Assembly: GCA_041736305.1 (NCBI GenBank)
Contig: JBGSTX010000273.1
Span: 1-51,246 of the forward strand
DNA length: 51,246 nt
Source of the DNA: Oligoflexus sp.
GTDB taxonomy: Bacteria; Bdellovibrionota_B; Oligoflexia; Oligoflexales; Oligoflexaceae
Direction of reading: 5' to 3'
The notes below the pieces were generated by a model. It saw only the letters and a program-made list of their open reading frames with translations, did not search any database and had not been told where the DNA came from. Position 1 is the first letter of the stretch. Each line of letters opens with the position of its first letter. This document shows, piece by piece, positions 39,098 to 51,091 of this stretch. The position numbers and the translations under genes were made by a program.

Positions 39098-40276
39098 GTG
39101 CATCCAAAGAATCTTTTCGCCCTTGATCTTGGGACCACGAAGTTTTGTATTGCGGCCTTGCTTTGGAGCCATAACAAACCGCGCCTGCAGCTCATCGACA
39201 TTCCTGCCGACGGGATGCACCGGGGCATGGTCGCCGACTTTAGTAAAGCTGAACGCTGTTTGAAGGACTTGATCGAAAAAGCCGAAAAAGAGCTCGATGT
39301 CCTGATCGATAAGGTCATCGTAGGAGTGGCTGGCTCGCACCTTCGGAGCCGCATGTCTGAATCTACCCTAGCCTTGCAAAGACAAAGCTGCCAACAGCGC
39401 CATCTTAGACGCATGCTTGATGAAGTAGAAAGCAAGGAAGAAGCTCCTTTTCGCGAACTTCTGCACTGCGTACCGATCGGTTATCGAATTGATCAGCGAG
39501 AAGAAGTCGATAATCCGGTAGGATTCTCGGGTAACGATATTACAGGACGTTACTTTATCATCGACTCGGACAAAGATTATCTCAAAGATCTGATTCGGAT
39601 CTGCAACAACAACGGTCTCGAAGTTCAAAAGCTTTACTCAGAACCTTTTGCCTCAGCTTCGGTATCAATTGACGACGAATCCAAACGTTTAGGCGTCGCG
39701 ATTGCTGATATAGGTGGTGGCACCACTGACGGTATTGTCTTTCAAAATGGTAAACCTGTTGATGCCTTTACCATCAATATTGCCGGTTCCATGATGAGCA
39801 AAGATCTGGCGGTTGGCCTCAATATGTCTATGAGCGAGGCTCAGCATATAAAGCATCTTTATGGCCTACAGTTTTATACGGAAGCTCAGGAAAATCGACC
39901 TTACCTCAATCCTCTGGCAAAAAAGGTTTTCATTATTCTGGGGTCTCGAATTCATGAACTAGGTGCACATTTAGCTCAGGAACTCAAGGATTATAGAGGT
40001 TTACTAGGCTCAGGAATTTTCCTAACCGGCGGTGGCTCGCAGGTGCATAGCGTCGGTGCTTTTCTCTCTGATCGTTTTAAAATAAATGTGCGGGTTCAGG
40101 AACCACAGATTGCGCTCGAGGGGTCCGATACTCTCCAGCTAACAGCTCGTTATGCTACGGCGGTGGGGCTTATTAATCTGGAACTCGGTCGTCAACGTTC
40201 ACAAATGCAGATGCAGGGTTCTTGGTCGCGTCGCTATATCGACCAATTTGTAAACTGGATACGCGAGCTGTCTTAA
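39098..40276 (+). CDS. ftsA: Cell division protein FtsA
   Basis: Motifs LDLGTTK, NPVG, DIGGGTTD and LTGGGS, with a C-terminal amphipathic helix IDQFVNWIRELS. Confidence 0.9.
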   Translation: MHPKNLFALDLGTTKFCIAALLWSHNKPRLQLIDIPADGMHRGMVADFSKAERCLKDLIEKAEKELDVLIDKVIVGVAGSHLRSRMSESTLALQRQSCQQRHLRRMLDEVESKEEAPFRELLHCVPIGYRIDQREEVDNPVGFSGNDITGRYFIIDSDKDYLKDLIRICNNNGLEVQKLYSEPFASASVSIDDESKRLGVAIADIGGGTTDGIVFQNGKPVDAFTINIAGSMMSKDLAVGLNMSMSEAQHIKHLYGLQFYTEAQENRPYLNPLAKKVFIILGSRIHELGAHLAQELKDYRGLLGSGIFLTGGGSQVHSVGAFLSDRFKINVRVQEPQIALEGSDTLQLTARYATAVGLINLELGRQRSQMQMQGSWSRRYIDQFVNWIRELS

Positions 40277-40295
40277 GACGATCTTAGTCAAAAAT

Positions 40296-40325
40296 TTGAC
40301 AGCAAAGCCGCTTCGTTCTTATAAT
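40296..40325 (+). promoter_or_regulatory. Sigma-70 promoter dedicated to ftsZ
   Basis: TTGACA-N18-TATAAT, both hexamers perfect consensus, in the ftsA-ftsZ gap. Confidence 0.75.
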
Positions 40326-40392
40326 TTTTCTAAGTCCAAAAGAAATAATCAGACTGAAATGCCCCCAATAGTGTCGCGAAGGAGTGACTGCC

Positions 40393-41901
40393 ATGGCCCT
40401 CGACCAAGAAACGTTCGTACCTCCTGGAGCAAATATCAAGGTAATAGGGATTGGCGGCGGTGGCGGCAATGCTGTCAACACAATGATCCGGACTAGTATT
40501 GAAGGCGTAGATTTCATCGCGGCCAACACCGACGTGCAAGCTCTACGATTTTCCCTAGCTAGTCGCAAAATTCAGATTGGGAAAGAGCTGACGCGCGGGC
40601 TTGGAGCCGGCGCCGATCCCGATATTGGTCGCGATGCGATGCTGGAAGATCGTCATGCCATCACTGAAGCTCTGGCTGGTGCGCACATGGTCTTCATTAC
40701 GGCAGGCATGGGTGGCGGCACTGGGACTGGTGGTGCTGCAATTGTTGCGAATATAGCCAGAGAAATGGGCGCCCTCACTGTAGCCGTGGTAACCAAGCCT
40801 TTTGCTTTCGAAGGCAAGCGGCGCATGAAGTATGCGGAAGAAGGGATTCGCCGCCTAGAAGACTGCGTTGATACATTGATTACGATTCCTAACCAACGCC
40901 TTCTCGAGATCGCTTCGCCCGACCTGAGTATGATCGATGCCTTCCGCATGGCCGATAATGTGCTTGTGAATGCGGTTAAAGGCATTTCAGACATTATCAA
41001 TATTCCAGGTCAGATCAACGTCGACTTCGCTGATGTCAAAGCGGTGATGTCTTCCATGGGCTTGGCTCTCATGGGCATCGGCCTCGCCGAGGGTCCTAAC
41101 CGAGCGCAAGAAGCTGCGCAGCGGGCGATTCGTTCGCCACTCCTCGAAGATATCAGCATCGAAGGTGCCACCGGGATTCTAATCAACATTACGGCCGGCG
41201 AGAATCTTTCGATCCTCGAAGTTAATGTTGCCTGCTCCATCATTCAAGAAGCTGCCCATGAAGATGCCAACATCATTTTCGGAACAGTGATCGATGAGAA
41301 TATCGGCCAGCAGATGCGTGTAACTGTCATCGCGACTGGATTTTCACACAGAGACCTTGATATCAGTAGCCAGCAGAGTAGTTCTCGCAACAAGCGTGGG
41401 CTATATATGCCAAAATCCCCTGCAATGACAGCGCCTCCTTATCCCAAACAAGAGCTGCGGCGTGAAGAGCCGTCACGCTCTCATTCTTCTTACGATGCGG
41501 GAAACCAAGCAGAGCATAAGCCCAGGATGGAAGAGAATCTTGCGCGAATGACTCTTGAAAATGTCGAAAAGCGCCGTGAGTCGCAAGGGGCAAGCAGTTC
41601 AGAACCCTCCCCTTCGCTCTTCGGGACTGACAAAGAAATGAAAATTGAAGGTGCTACTGCGGCCCCTGCTCGGCTCAATCTTGATACCCTCGATAATCTC
41701 GATTCGGCCGAGTTCATGCCGCCCACCGACAAAACCGACTATTCTTTAGCGACTCACACTGATGAGCTCGATAGAAAAATCGACGAAGCTCTGAAGATCG
41801 CTGAGCAGTTAGGCAAGGCCCCTGGGCAGTCGGCGGAAGAAGAGGATCTTGATATTCCTTCCTTTTTGCGGAAATCAAATAAAGATCTATCTCTCTCGTA
41901 A
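40393..41901 (+). CDS. ftsZ: Cell division GTPase FtsZ with a long C-terminal linker
   Basis: Motifs [25 protein letters not shown] and INVDFADV, with C-terminal [13 protein letters not shown] 40393 lies 8 nt after AAGGAG. Confidence 0.99.
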   Translation: MALDQETFVPPGANIKVIGIGGGGGNAVNTMIRTSIEGVDFIAANTDVQALRFSLASRKIQIGKELTRGLGAGADPDIGRDAMLEDRHAITEALAGAHMVFITAGMGGGTGTGGAAIVANIAREMGALTVAVVTKPFAFEGKRRMKYAEEGIRRLEDCVDTLITIPNQRLLEIASPDLSMIDAFRMADNVLVNAVKGISDIINIPGQINVDFADVKAVMSSMGLALMGIGLAEGPNRAQEAAQRAIRSPLLEDISIEGATGILINITAGENLSILEVNVACSIIQEAAHEDANIIFGTVIDENIGQQMRVTVIATGFSHRDLDISSQQSSSRNKRGLYMPKSPAMTAPPYPKQELRREEPSRSHSSYDAGNQAEHKPRMEENLARMTLENVEKRRESQGASSSEPSPSLFGTDKEMKIEGATAAPARLNLDTLDNLDSAEFMPPTDKTDYSLATHTDELDRKIDEALKIAEQLGKAPGQSAEEEDLDIPSFLRKSNKDLSLS

Positions 41902-41907
41902 CGAGAA

Positions 41908-41934
41908 GAGTTCAGCCTAATCAGGGCTGAACTC
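41908..41934. terminator. Hairpin between convergent ftsZ and the SDR gene
   Basis: GAGTTCAGCC-TAATCAG-GGCTGAACTC, a perfect 10-bp stem. Confidence 0.7.
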
Positions 41935-41965
41935 GTCCTACTTTTCCCTCAAAAAATTTCTCTCA

Positions 41966-42937
41966 CTAATGCGGAAGATTCTTCGAAAGACTCATGGTCT
42001 CCCCGAACTGCCTAGTGCTTTGGGGTAAGGCCTTGAGAGTTGGGTTATTCATTTCTGTGGCTTTGTCAGGAATAGCCCCGATAGTTAAAAGCTCCCTAAG
42101 CTGGGGGGCGTTCTCGTGGTTTCTTCGATGCAGTTTCTCAAAGAGCGGCGCCAGAGCGTGCCCAAGAAAACCCTTCAGTGCGAAATGCGAGCCTTTGCCA
42201 ATCCCTTGCGATACAAAACGAAACAAGTCTTCGATAGCTAGTTTTTCGCTGCCTTCTACCTCAATGAGTTGCGCCCCTGAGCTCGCATCCACATCGACAT
42301 CGACAAGTCTCAAGAGAATATCGCACAGATCGTTGACATGAATAGGCGCTAAGCGACCTTCGTGCTTCGGAACCGGATAGAACCATGGAAAGCGCATAAG
42401 TTTCTCAACTGCGCTTACCAAGCGGTCACGAGCACTTAATTCCGCGAAAATTAGGGATGAGCGGAGGATGATCTTCTCGGGAATTTTAGAGTTTAGTATA
42501 ACCAGCTCGGCAAAGTACTTTTCTTGCAGGTACCAGGAATCCGTATGGCGCGAAGCACCGAGAGCGCTCAAAAAAATGATTCTCCGGGTCCCTGCTTCTT
42601 CCATAGCGTGCACGAGGTTCTTTACCATCGTAATATTTTTGCTGTCCTGCTTGAGGCCATCGTGAGCCCAAGGAATCTCTTCCCACTGAGATCGAAACGA
42701 CTGGATCCAGGCCAAATGCACGACAGTGCTGACGTTTCTCAGTGCTGTGGTGAGATGCTCGGGCCGCATCATATCGGCAAAGATGGGAATCATATGGGCA
42801 AGGGGCTCTGGCAAATGAGCGTGATAGAGGCTTACAACCGATCGGCCTTGTTCTGCCAGGCGTCTTAGAAAAGGTTTACCCACAAATCCAGCTGACCCTG
42901 CTACTAGGAGAGCTTCCCGCTCAGGAATTTTGCTCAC
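41966..42937 (-). CDS. Atypical SDR / NAD(P)-binding epimerase-like protein (NDUFA9-like)
   Basis: Motifs VAGSAGFVG, VVHLA, IIFLSALGA, YxxxK (YLQEK) and PIHVNDL. GTG 42937 follows GGAGG. Confidence 0.82.
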   Translation of the reverse strand: MSKIPEREALLVAGSAGFVGKPFLRRLAEQGRSVVSLYHAHLPEPLAHMIPIFADMMRPEHLTTALRNVSTVVHLAWIQSFRSQWEEIPWAHDGLKQDSKNITMVKNLVHAMEEAGTRRIIFLSALGASRHTDSWYLQEKYFAELVILNSKIPEKIILRSSLIFAELSARDRLVSAVEKLMRFPWFYPVPKHEGRLAPIHVNDLCDILLRLVDVDVDASSGAQLIEVEGSEKLAIEDLFRFVSQGIGKGSHFALKGFLGHALAPLFEKLHRRNHENAPQLRELLTIGAIPDKATEMNNPTLKALPQSTRQFGETMSLSKNLPH

Positions 42938-44045
42938 GCACCGCCTCCACCAGGTTTTCGTCCAGGATAGCATAGACTTTGAGAGTTCGCGCAGCAACCT
43001 CATCCCAGCTAGGAATTGAAGCCAGCTGGGTCTGGCAGCGTTGAAGCCAATCGCTTCGATTGCGCAATGCAAGATTGATTTGATCAGCCCAGGCTTTAGC
43101 TCCAGCTGTTGCCGGCAAACCAATTCCGGCTAGACCAACGGTTTCGTCAATCCCACTGCCGCTGGTATAGATAACCGGCTTACCCATCTGTATTGACTGT
43201 GCAGCAGGCAAGCAGTAACCCTCGAGCAAGCTGGGGTGGACGAGAGCCAGCGATTCACGGTGTAAATTCTCCAAAGCGGAGGCACTTAGGTTGGTATGTA
43301 CCTTAAGCCGACGATCGAGCCGTCCCAATCGAGTTTCGCCAGCCTGATCTGTAAGCAGGTCCCAAGTTATGTTAGCTGGAAGGAGCTCGAGAACAGAATG
43401 AATCAAATCGAGACGTTTATAAGATTCATCTCGGGCCACGGTTAAAAGCTTAGCTTCGGCTTGGTTGGGGCTTTGCGTATCAACTGCAGGCCCTGGCTTT
43501 AGGCCGTTCGGAATCATGAAGGTCTTGCCACGAGCGGCAGGAAAGAACTCTTCGAGACTCTCCTGAGTCCAGCGGGAAACGCAGATGATAGCATCCGCAG
43601 CGTCAATGGCCTTTGGCATTTGCCACCGAAGAAAGACCTGAAGACTGCGAGACACTTGATCTGGCATCAGAAGTGGGATGAGGTCATGCACAGTCAAGAC
43701 GCGTTTGACATGCTTAAGTCGAGATGAGCGCGCCGTCGGAATATTGTAGTTACTGAGTCCATGCAAGAGTATCGAATTTGAGTTCCTCGCAGCTAATTTC
43801 CCCAGTTGCTGAGCGCAAAGCCAAAGACTAAGCGGCTTTAAGCGCATCCATGACACTTTAGTTTGAGCTAAGGGAGCAAAATATGGATGCCAAACTGCAT
43901 GAATATGAGGATGGGAAGGGATAATCTGCGGGCTAGGTCCTTGGGAAACCATAGAAGCATGAAGCTCGAATGCATGCCTCCCGACCCCTGCATAAAGGGA
44001 CTGGAGGCCAAAACTATCCCAGTAAATTCTTTGTTCACCACTCAA
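42921..44045 (-). CDS. GT4 family (GT-B) glycosyltransferase
   Basis: Motifs GVGR, LTVHDLIPL, ADAIICVSRWT, IPNG and PS..EG..LP......GKPVI. Confidence 0.88.
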   Translation of the reverse strand: MSGEQRIYWDSFGLQSLYAGVGRHAFELHASMVSQGPSPQIIPSHPHIHAVWHPYFAPLAQTKVSWMRLKPLSLWLCAQQLGKLAARNSNSILLHGLSNYNIPTARSSRLKHVKRVLTVHDLIPLLMPDQVSRSLQVFLRWQMPKAIDAADAIICVSRWTQESLEEFFPAARGKTFMIPNGLKPGPAVDTQSPNQAEAKLLTVARDESYKRLDLIHSVLELLPANITWDLLTDQAGETRLGRLDRRLKVHTNLSASALENLHRESLALVHPSLLEGYCLPAAQSIQMGKPVIYTSGSGIDETVGLAGIGLPATAGAKAWADQINLALRNRSDWLQRCQTQLASIPSWDEVAARTLKVYAILDENLVEAVREQNS

Positions 44046-44120
44046 AGCGCTATCCCATCATAAGCTTGATTGAGGATATGATAGGAGGCGCTTAAGCGAT
44101 CAGCAAGAACGAACGAAATA

Positions 44121-44546
44121 TCAATGAAGCCGTGCAGCAGAAGCAAGGGTTTCAGCTACAAACACCCGAACCTCGGCCCTTTTGAACGAACGATTGGCAC
44201 GATCTACGTCTACCGAGCTATCGGAATTCGTCAGACGATCGAGAGCTCGCTGCTGTGCTTTTTGGGCTCTTGAAACATCAATTTCCTTAGCCTTCTCAAT
44301 AAGATCTGCCAAAACAGTGACCTGATTGTGATCTACTTCGACGTAACCGCCTGCTATAAAGTAGCGCTCTGCTCCTTCGTTGCCTTGGAAGCTCAGCTCA
44401 CCGACATCTAGCTCCGCGACCATAGCAGCATGATCAGGAAGTATAGTCATATAACCTGCGGTCCCAGGTAGCGTCACGGCAGTGGCCCGCACGACGGCTA
44501 ATTGGCGACTCGGTGACAAGACTTTCAGCTCGAAGTTCGCAGCCAT
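44121..44546 (-). CDS. atpC: ATP synthase F1 epsilon subunit
   Basis: LPG..G...ILPDHA, GG.VEV....VTVLAD, then a helical hairpin. Confidence 0.96.
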   Translation of the reverse strand: MAANFELKVLSPSRQLAVVRATAVTLPGTAGYMTILPDHAAMVAELDVGELSFQGNEGAERYFIAGGYVEVDHNQVTVLADLIEKAKEIDVSRAQKAQQRALDRLTNSDSSVDVDRANRSFKRAEVRVFVAETLASAARLH

Positions 44547-44560
44547 AGAATTACCCCTGT

Positions 44561-45982
<1,422 letters not shown>

Positions 45983-45997
45983 TTATCGATGATGCAA

Positions 45998-46861
45998 TTA
46001 CAAAGCTTCGGCGCCGCTGATAATTTCGATCAACTCTTTGGTGATCGCAGCCTGGCGAGCCCGGTTGTACTGAAGCGTCAGCTTCCTAATGACTTCTTTG
46101 GCATTGTTGGTTGCTGAATCCATCGCTGTCATGCGGGACCCGTGTTCCGATGCCACTGCACTGAGTAGAGCGCTAAATACTGTGCTTATGAGCTTCCGCT
46201 CTAGCAGCTTATCGAGCAACTCTTCAACTCCTGGCTCTACGATCAAATCAGGGCCTATGCTGGATTCTGACTCTGACAAAGCCATGGGTATAGGAAGCAG
46301 CTGAACTATAGTGGGCGTTTGATCTAGGGCCGACTTAAAATATGGGAACGCCATATAAACGCGATCAAAGTTGCTGTCGCGGAAAGCATTGAGTACCTCG
46401 GCAGCCAGCTCTCTGGCCATACCGATATTCGCGCCCTCTAAAACCTTCTCGCGCTGGGCTAGAAAGGGAATCTTCCACTTCTTGCCGAAAGCTATCGAAC
46501 GGCGCCCGCCAGCATAGAGGGAGAGCTTAACGCCCTCTTTTGACTTTTCTTTTATGAAGGCGTTGACCGCTTTGGCCAAGTTAGAGTTGAGACCACCGCA
46601 AAGTCCCCGATCCGTGCCCAGCATCAGGACTAGTGCACGCTTCTCTTCGCTCTGACGAAGCAGCGGAGATTCTAATTCGGCTTGTCCTACAAGCAGCTTT
46701 TGAACCACGCGATCCAAAGCTTTGGCGTAAGGACGAGCTGCTTCGGCTGCGTTGCTCGCTCTCGCGAACTTGGCTGCTGAAACAAGTTTCATCGCGTTCG
46801 TGATCTTCTGCGTACTCTTTACGCTTCCGATGCGACGCTTGATGTCCTTCAGGTTAGCCAT
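45998..46861 (-). CDS. atpG: ATP synthase F1 gamma subunit
   Basis: Motifs [19 protein letters not shown] and [15 protein letters not shown]. Confidence 0.98.
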   Translation of the reverse strand: MANLKDIKRRIGSVKSTQKITNAMKLVSAAKFARASNAAEAARPYAKALDRVVQKLLVGQAELESPLLRQSEEKRALVLMLGTDRGLCGGLNSNLAKAVNAFIKEKSKEGVKLSLYAGGRRSIAFGKKWKIPFLAQREKVLEGANIGMARELAAEVLNAFRDSNFDRVYMAFPYFKSALDQTPTIVQLLPIPMALSESESSIGPDLIVEPGVEELLDKLLERKLISTVFSALLSAVASEHGSRMTAMDSATNNAKEVIRKLTLQYNRARQAAITKELIEIISGAEAL

Positions 46862-48368
46862 GAGCCTGGTATCCCTTATCGAAGGTGGTGATGGCCTGCT
46901 TCAGTTCTTCCTCGACATCGTTCAGCTTCGCGCGCTTCTCGATCTTATCCAGCAAGGCCTTGTGCTGACTGCGAAGATGCGCGGTAAAACCCTGCTCCCA
47001 AGTCCGGAGCTTACTGAGCTCATACTTATCGAGATGACCTTTGATACCAGCATAAATCACAGCAACCTGAACACCGACTTCTAGGGGTGCATACTGGGTC
47101 TGCTTCAGAAGTTCGACGAGTCGAGCTCCCCTGGACAATGTGCGTTGGGTCGTGGCATCGAGATCTGAGCCGAATTGGGCGAAGGCTGCGAGTTCCCGGT
47201 ACTGGGCGAGGTCCAAACGAAGCGAGCCTGCCACCGATTTCATGCCCGGAACCTGAGCTGCGCCACCGACACGTGATACCGATAGACCCGCGTTAATAGC
47301 CGGGCGTACACCGCTGTGGAACAAATCTGCTTCAAGGAAGATCTGTCCATCGGTAATCGAGATGACGTTGGTCGGGATATAGGCCGAAATATCACCAGCC
47401 TGTGTTTCGATCACGGGGAAGGCCGTGAGAGAGCCGGCACCAAGCTCGTCACTGAGTTTACAGGCGCGCTCCAAAAGGCGGCTATGGACATAAAAAACGT
47501 CACCAGGATAGGCTTCGCGTCCTGGTGGGCGACGCAAAAGAAGCGAAAGTTCGCGATATGCGACTGCTTGCTTGCTCAAGTCATCGTAGAAAATTACTGC
47601 ATGTTCGCCGCGATCTCTGAAGTATTCGGCCATTCTGCAGCCCGAGTATGGAGCTAGAAATTGCATAGGTGCAGGATCGAGCGCCGATGCTGCGACGATA
47701 ATTGTATAGTCCATCGCACCAGCTCGCTTCAGGCGGTCAACGACTTGGGCGACGGTCGATGCTTTTTGGCCGATCGCAACGTAAACACAAATTACGTCTT
47801 TCCCTTTTTGATTTATAATCGTGTCGACACAAACCGTAGTTTTGCCGGTTTGCCGGTCACCGATGATAAGCTCACGTTGTCCCCGACCAATTGGAACCAT
47901 CGCGTCGATAGCTTTGAGACCGGTTTGCAAAGGTTCGTGGACTGACTTACGGGCGATGATGCCAGGAGCCTTGACTTCAACGGCACCGATTTCGGCATCT
48001 TTAATAGGGCCCTGACCATCGATCGGCACGCCCAACGCATTCACAACCCGGCCGACCAGGCCTCGGCCGATAGGTACAGAGTTGATTTCTCGGGTTCTTT
48101 TGACTAACTCGCCCTCTTTGATCGTCTGATATTCGTCTAAAATGGCGACACCGACGTTGTCTTCTTCGAGGTTGAGAACTACGCCTTTTGACCCGTTACT
48201 GAATAAAACAAGCTCACCGGCCATAACTTTATCGAGGCCGTAGACACGCGCAATACCATCGCCAACGGAGAGGACAGTACCTGTTTCCTCGAGCTCGACC
48301 TTTTGGTCAAAGTTCTTGATGCGATCGCTGATGATTTTGCTGACTTCATCGACACGAATCTTATCCAT
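46854..48368 (-). CDS. atpA: ATP synthase F1 alpha subunit
   Basis: Motifs [23 protein letters not shown] and [13 protein letters not shown]. Confidence 0.99.
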   Translation of the reverse strand: MDKIRVDEVSKIISDRIKNFDQKVELEETGTVLSVGDGIARVYGLDKVMAGELVLFSNGSKGVVLNLEEDNVGVAILDEYQTIKEGELVKRTREINSVPIGRGLVGRVVNALGVPIDGQGPIKDAEIGAVEVKAPGIIARKSVHEPLQTGLKAIDAMVPIGRGQRELIIGDRQTGKTTVCVDTIINQKGKDVICVYVAIGQKASTVAQVVDRLKRAGAMDYTIIVAASALDPAPMQFLAPYSGCRMAEYFRDRGEHAVIFYDDLSKQAVAYRELSLLLRRPPGREAYPGDVFYVHSRLLERACKLSDELGAGSLTAFPVIETQAGDISAYIPTNVISITDGQIFLEADLFHSGVRPAINAGLSVSRVGGAAQVPGMKSVAGSLRLDLAQYRELAAFAQFGSDLDATTQRTLSRGARLVELLKQTQYAPLEVGVQVAVIYAGIKGHLDKYELSKLRTWEQGFTAHLRSQHKALLDKIEKRAKLNDVEEELKQAITTFDKGYQAHG

Positions 48369-48384
48369 GGTTATCTCGCTCTCC

Positions 48385-48924
48385 TTAGCTGGCAGCTATT
48401 TTCGTCATATTTTCGAGTTTAGTTTTCAGGCTCATATCGAGCAGGCTGTTTTCGATGCGTACGACAAAGCCACCTAAAATAGCGCTGTCGACCTGTGTTT
48501 CAAGCTTGACCTTCTTGCCGAGCATCGATTCGAGTCGGCCCTGAATATCGCTCAGCTCCTTAGCATCAAGGGGCAAAGCAGTCGTCACCAAAGCATCAAC
48601 TACACCGCGTTGGTGTTGAAGCTTTCGCCTGAAGGTTTTAGCGATAAGTGGCAAAAGTGAGGTTCGACGACTGCGGACCAAAACATCTAAAAACTTCCCT
48701 AGAACCGGGTCAGCTTTAAGTTCATTTGCCGCGTAGGTGAAAACTTCGTGAAGAAGCTCGGCACTCACGACTGGACTAGCTAGCACCTTACGAAGGCTCT
48801 TGTTATCGTAAAGTTTCGCGATTTCATCGAGTCCTAGCGCAACGCTGTCTTCGAGTGAAGCCTGGCCCTGAGTCATCGATAGGAGAGCTGCGGCGTAGCG
48901 CGTGGCTATTTTTTCTTCACTCAT
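48385..48924 (-). CDS. atpH: ATP synthase F1 delta subunit
   Basis: Motifs IATRYAAAL and VD.AILGG.VVRI....LDMSL. Confidence 0.95.
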   Translation of the reverse strand: MSEEKIATRYAAALLSMTQGQASLEDSVALGLDEIAKLYDNKSLRKVLASPVVSAELLHEVFTYAANELKADPVLGKFLDVLVRSRRTSLLPLIAKTFRRKLQHQRGVVDALVTTALPLDAKELSDIQGRLESMLGKKVKLETQVDSAILGGFVVRIENSLLDMSLKTKLENMTKIAAS

Positions 48925-49424
48925 GACGACCTCGCCTGGCTAGGATTGATATGAGCCAAACCATCTTGAATGACGCGGTGATGAGTCGCGGAGTCAAGAT
49001 TTTTTTGAATGTGCTCTGCTGCTTGAACTTTGACCAGCTCGAGAATCTCTTTTTGGAGAGCTATCTTTGCAGCGCTTACCTCAGCATCGGCGATTCTTTT
49101 AGCTTCGCGCTTTAGATGCTCAGCGAGTTGTTCGGCACTGCTGACCATTGCCCTAGCCTCCTCGTCTGCCTGCTGATGAGCCGTTGCTTTGATAGCGGCG
49201 ACTTCCTGATCCAAGCGAGCTAAGCGTTGCTTCAGCTCCGCATTTCGCTTCTCTGCCTCAGCGCGGGCTAGATTAGCCTTTTCAACTAGTTCGGCATAGT
49301 TGTGCCGCTTAGCTGCAAGCGCGTTGATGAGGGGCTTTCGCAGCATAAGATAGGCAAGTATGAGAAATATAATCCAATTAATGTAAGGAAAGAGAAAACT
49401 ATTTAGAAAATCGAAGTTTTCCAC
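48921..49424 (-). CDS. atpF: ATP synthase F0 subunit b
   Basis: N-terminal TM (INWIIFLILAY.MLRKP) followed by a long charged coiled coil. Operon position fits. Confidence 0.88.
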   Translation of the reverse strand: MENFDFLNSFLFPYINWIIFLILAYLMLRKPLINALAAKRHNYAELVEKANLARAEAEKRNAELKQRLARLDQEVAAIKATAHQQADEEARAMVSSAEQLAEHLKREAKRIADAEVSAAKIALQKEILELVKVQAAEHIQKNLDSATHHRVIQDGLAHINPSQARSS

Positions 49425-49451
49425 AGATACCTCGTTTGGGGGTCGAACACT

Positions 49452-49886
49452 TTAGGCCGGTACAATCTTATCGACGAGCTGCTGAGACAATGAGCGAACT
49501 AAGTCTGGGACCAGACGCCTTTGCTCTTCCAGCTCTCGACTCAACTCTTGGCGCATAGAAGCGACAACTCGGTTGGCTTCTTCTGTAGCTCGCGAGACAA
49601 GGTCATCTCGCTTGATGCGAGCAGTGGCGATAGTTTGTTCGCGTAGACTACGCGTCTCCACACCGACTTCTTGAAGGCGTGCGTGAATTCTATCGACAGC
49701 TTGAGAACTTTCCTGCTGCAGGTGCTCAGCTTGCTGCTGACTTCCTTCAGTCAGTTTGACTCTTTCGCTATGGACTTTGAGATATGGTTCAAGAAGAAAC
49801 TTCTTAACAACGAAGAAGTTGGCCAGGAATAGACCAGCCTGAATGACCATGATTGTAGGATTAGGCACTAGATTAAGTGAGGACAT
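49452..49886 (-). CDS. ATP synthase F0 subunit b'
   Basis: TM segment (IQAGLFL......KFLLEP......R) plus coiled coil. First of two b-type genes. Confidence 0.85.
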   Translation of the reverse strand: MSSLNLVPNPTIMVIQAGLFLANFFVVKKFLLEPYLKVHSERVKLTEGSQQQAEHLQQESSQAVDRIHARLQEVGVETRSLREQTIATARIKRDDLVSRATEEANRVVASMRQELSRELEEQRRLVPDLVRSLSQQLVDKIVPA

Positions 49887-50027
49887 CTCGGGATTAACCT
49901 CGTAGCGCTAGAGAGTCGAACCTCGTTTCAAAGGATCACTTAAGTAACTTATTATGGACCAGTTCTCAAGAATTGATTTTCAACCCACGGTTTTTGGTCG
50001 TCCTAGGCGGATGCAATTTTCGAGATA

Positions 50028-50927
50028 TCAGATTGCTCCACTGCTGATGAGCTGGAGAAGTCGTTCTAGCTCGGCTGGTGAAAAGAATGAAATCTCGATG
50101 CGGCCGCGACTACCTGATCCATGCAGTTTCACCTTAGTTCGTAGGTGACTTCGCAGCGTATCAGCCAAATAGTCAAGGTCAGCGTTGGCTAAAGACGATT
50201 CTTCTTCTTTATCTTGTAGCTGGCTGGAGCGTTTCATTCGCTTCACTAGCTGTTCGGTTTGCCTGACGTTGAGTTTCTTTGCGACGACGATTTCACGAGC
50301 TTTTATTACGAGCGAAGGTTCTTCGAGAGCCAGAAAAGCTTTGCCGTGACCCATGCTGAGTCGCTCGTTCATCAAATCATCTTGAACTTCTGGAGGCAGG
50401 GATAAAATTCGGAGGAAATTAGTGATTGTACTTCGATCTTTCCCAACTCGCTTTGCGCACTCATCTTGAGTGAGGCCAAAATCTTTTATAAGAGAGGCAT
50501 AGGCTTCTGCTTCTTCGATGACATTGAGATTTGCTCGCTGAACATTTTCTATGATGGCGATTCGTAGCATCTCTTCGGCTGTCACTTCTTTGATGATAGC
50601 AGGCACTTGCGTGAGGCCTGCAATCTGCGAAGCTCGCCAACGACGCTCACCTGCAATAATCATATAGCCATCACCGTCTTTAGAAACGATCAAAGGCTGA
50701 ACGACTCCATCCTGTTTGAGGCTTCTAGCCAGGGATTGGAGATCTTCTTCGCGAAATAATTTACGGGGTTGTTTGGGATTAGGGTGAATTCTTGTGAGCT
50801 CCAAGTTGGCGATTTGAAGCTGATTCGGTTCTGCAGCTAAGCTTTTGCTCGGGTCTTCTATACCAAGCAAAGCTGGCAAGCCTTTCTTCGCAGGAGAGGA
50901 TGAAGAAGGAGAGCGAAGATCTGTCAT
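50028..50927 (-). CDS. parB: Chromosome partitioning protein ParB (Spo0J family)
   Basis: Motifs PNPKQPRK.F, Arg patch IAGERRWRA, ENVQR..LN.IEEA and HTH LTQDECAKRVGKDRSTITNFLR. ATG 50927 follows AGGA. Confidence 0.97.
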   Translation of the reverse strand: MTDLRSPSSSSPAKKGLPALLGIEDPSKSLAAEPNQLQIANLELTRIHPNPKQPRKLFREEDLQSLARSLKQDGVVQPLIVSKDGDGYMIIAGERRWRASQIAGLTQVPAIIKEVTAEEMLRIAIIENVQRANLNVIEEAEAYASLIKDFGLTQDECAKRVGKDRSTITNFLRILSLPPEVQDDLMNERLSMGHGKAFLALEEPSLVIKAREIVVAKKLNVRQTEQLVKRMKRSSQLQDKEEESSLANADLDYLADTLRSHLRTKVKLHGSGSRGRIEISFFSPAELERLLQLISSGAI

Positions 50928-51045
50928 ATTTTGTCCTTTTGGGTAGACTAAAAATCTCCAAAGAGTGGCTATACGCATCTCTTTTGGCTACATAAATACA
51001 AACAGGCCACTACGATCTATAACTGAAAGACATGCCAAATATTAT

Positions 51046-51061
51046 TGTTCCACGTGGAACA
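51046..51061. promoter_or_regulatory. parS site (solitary copy, nearest parB)
   Basis: Perfect palindrome TGTTCCACGTGGAACA, matching the canonical chromosomal parS consensus. Confidence 0.93.
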
Positions 51062-51091
51062 TCTACCCCCATAAAATCAAATTTTCTCAAA

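Noticed and set aside
42938-43123. N-terminal extension of the SDR ORF
   Set aside because: Lies inside the GT4 gene. GGAGG plus GTG at 42937 sits just before the Rossmann motif.
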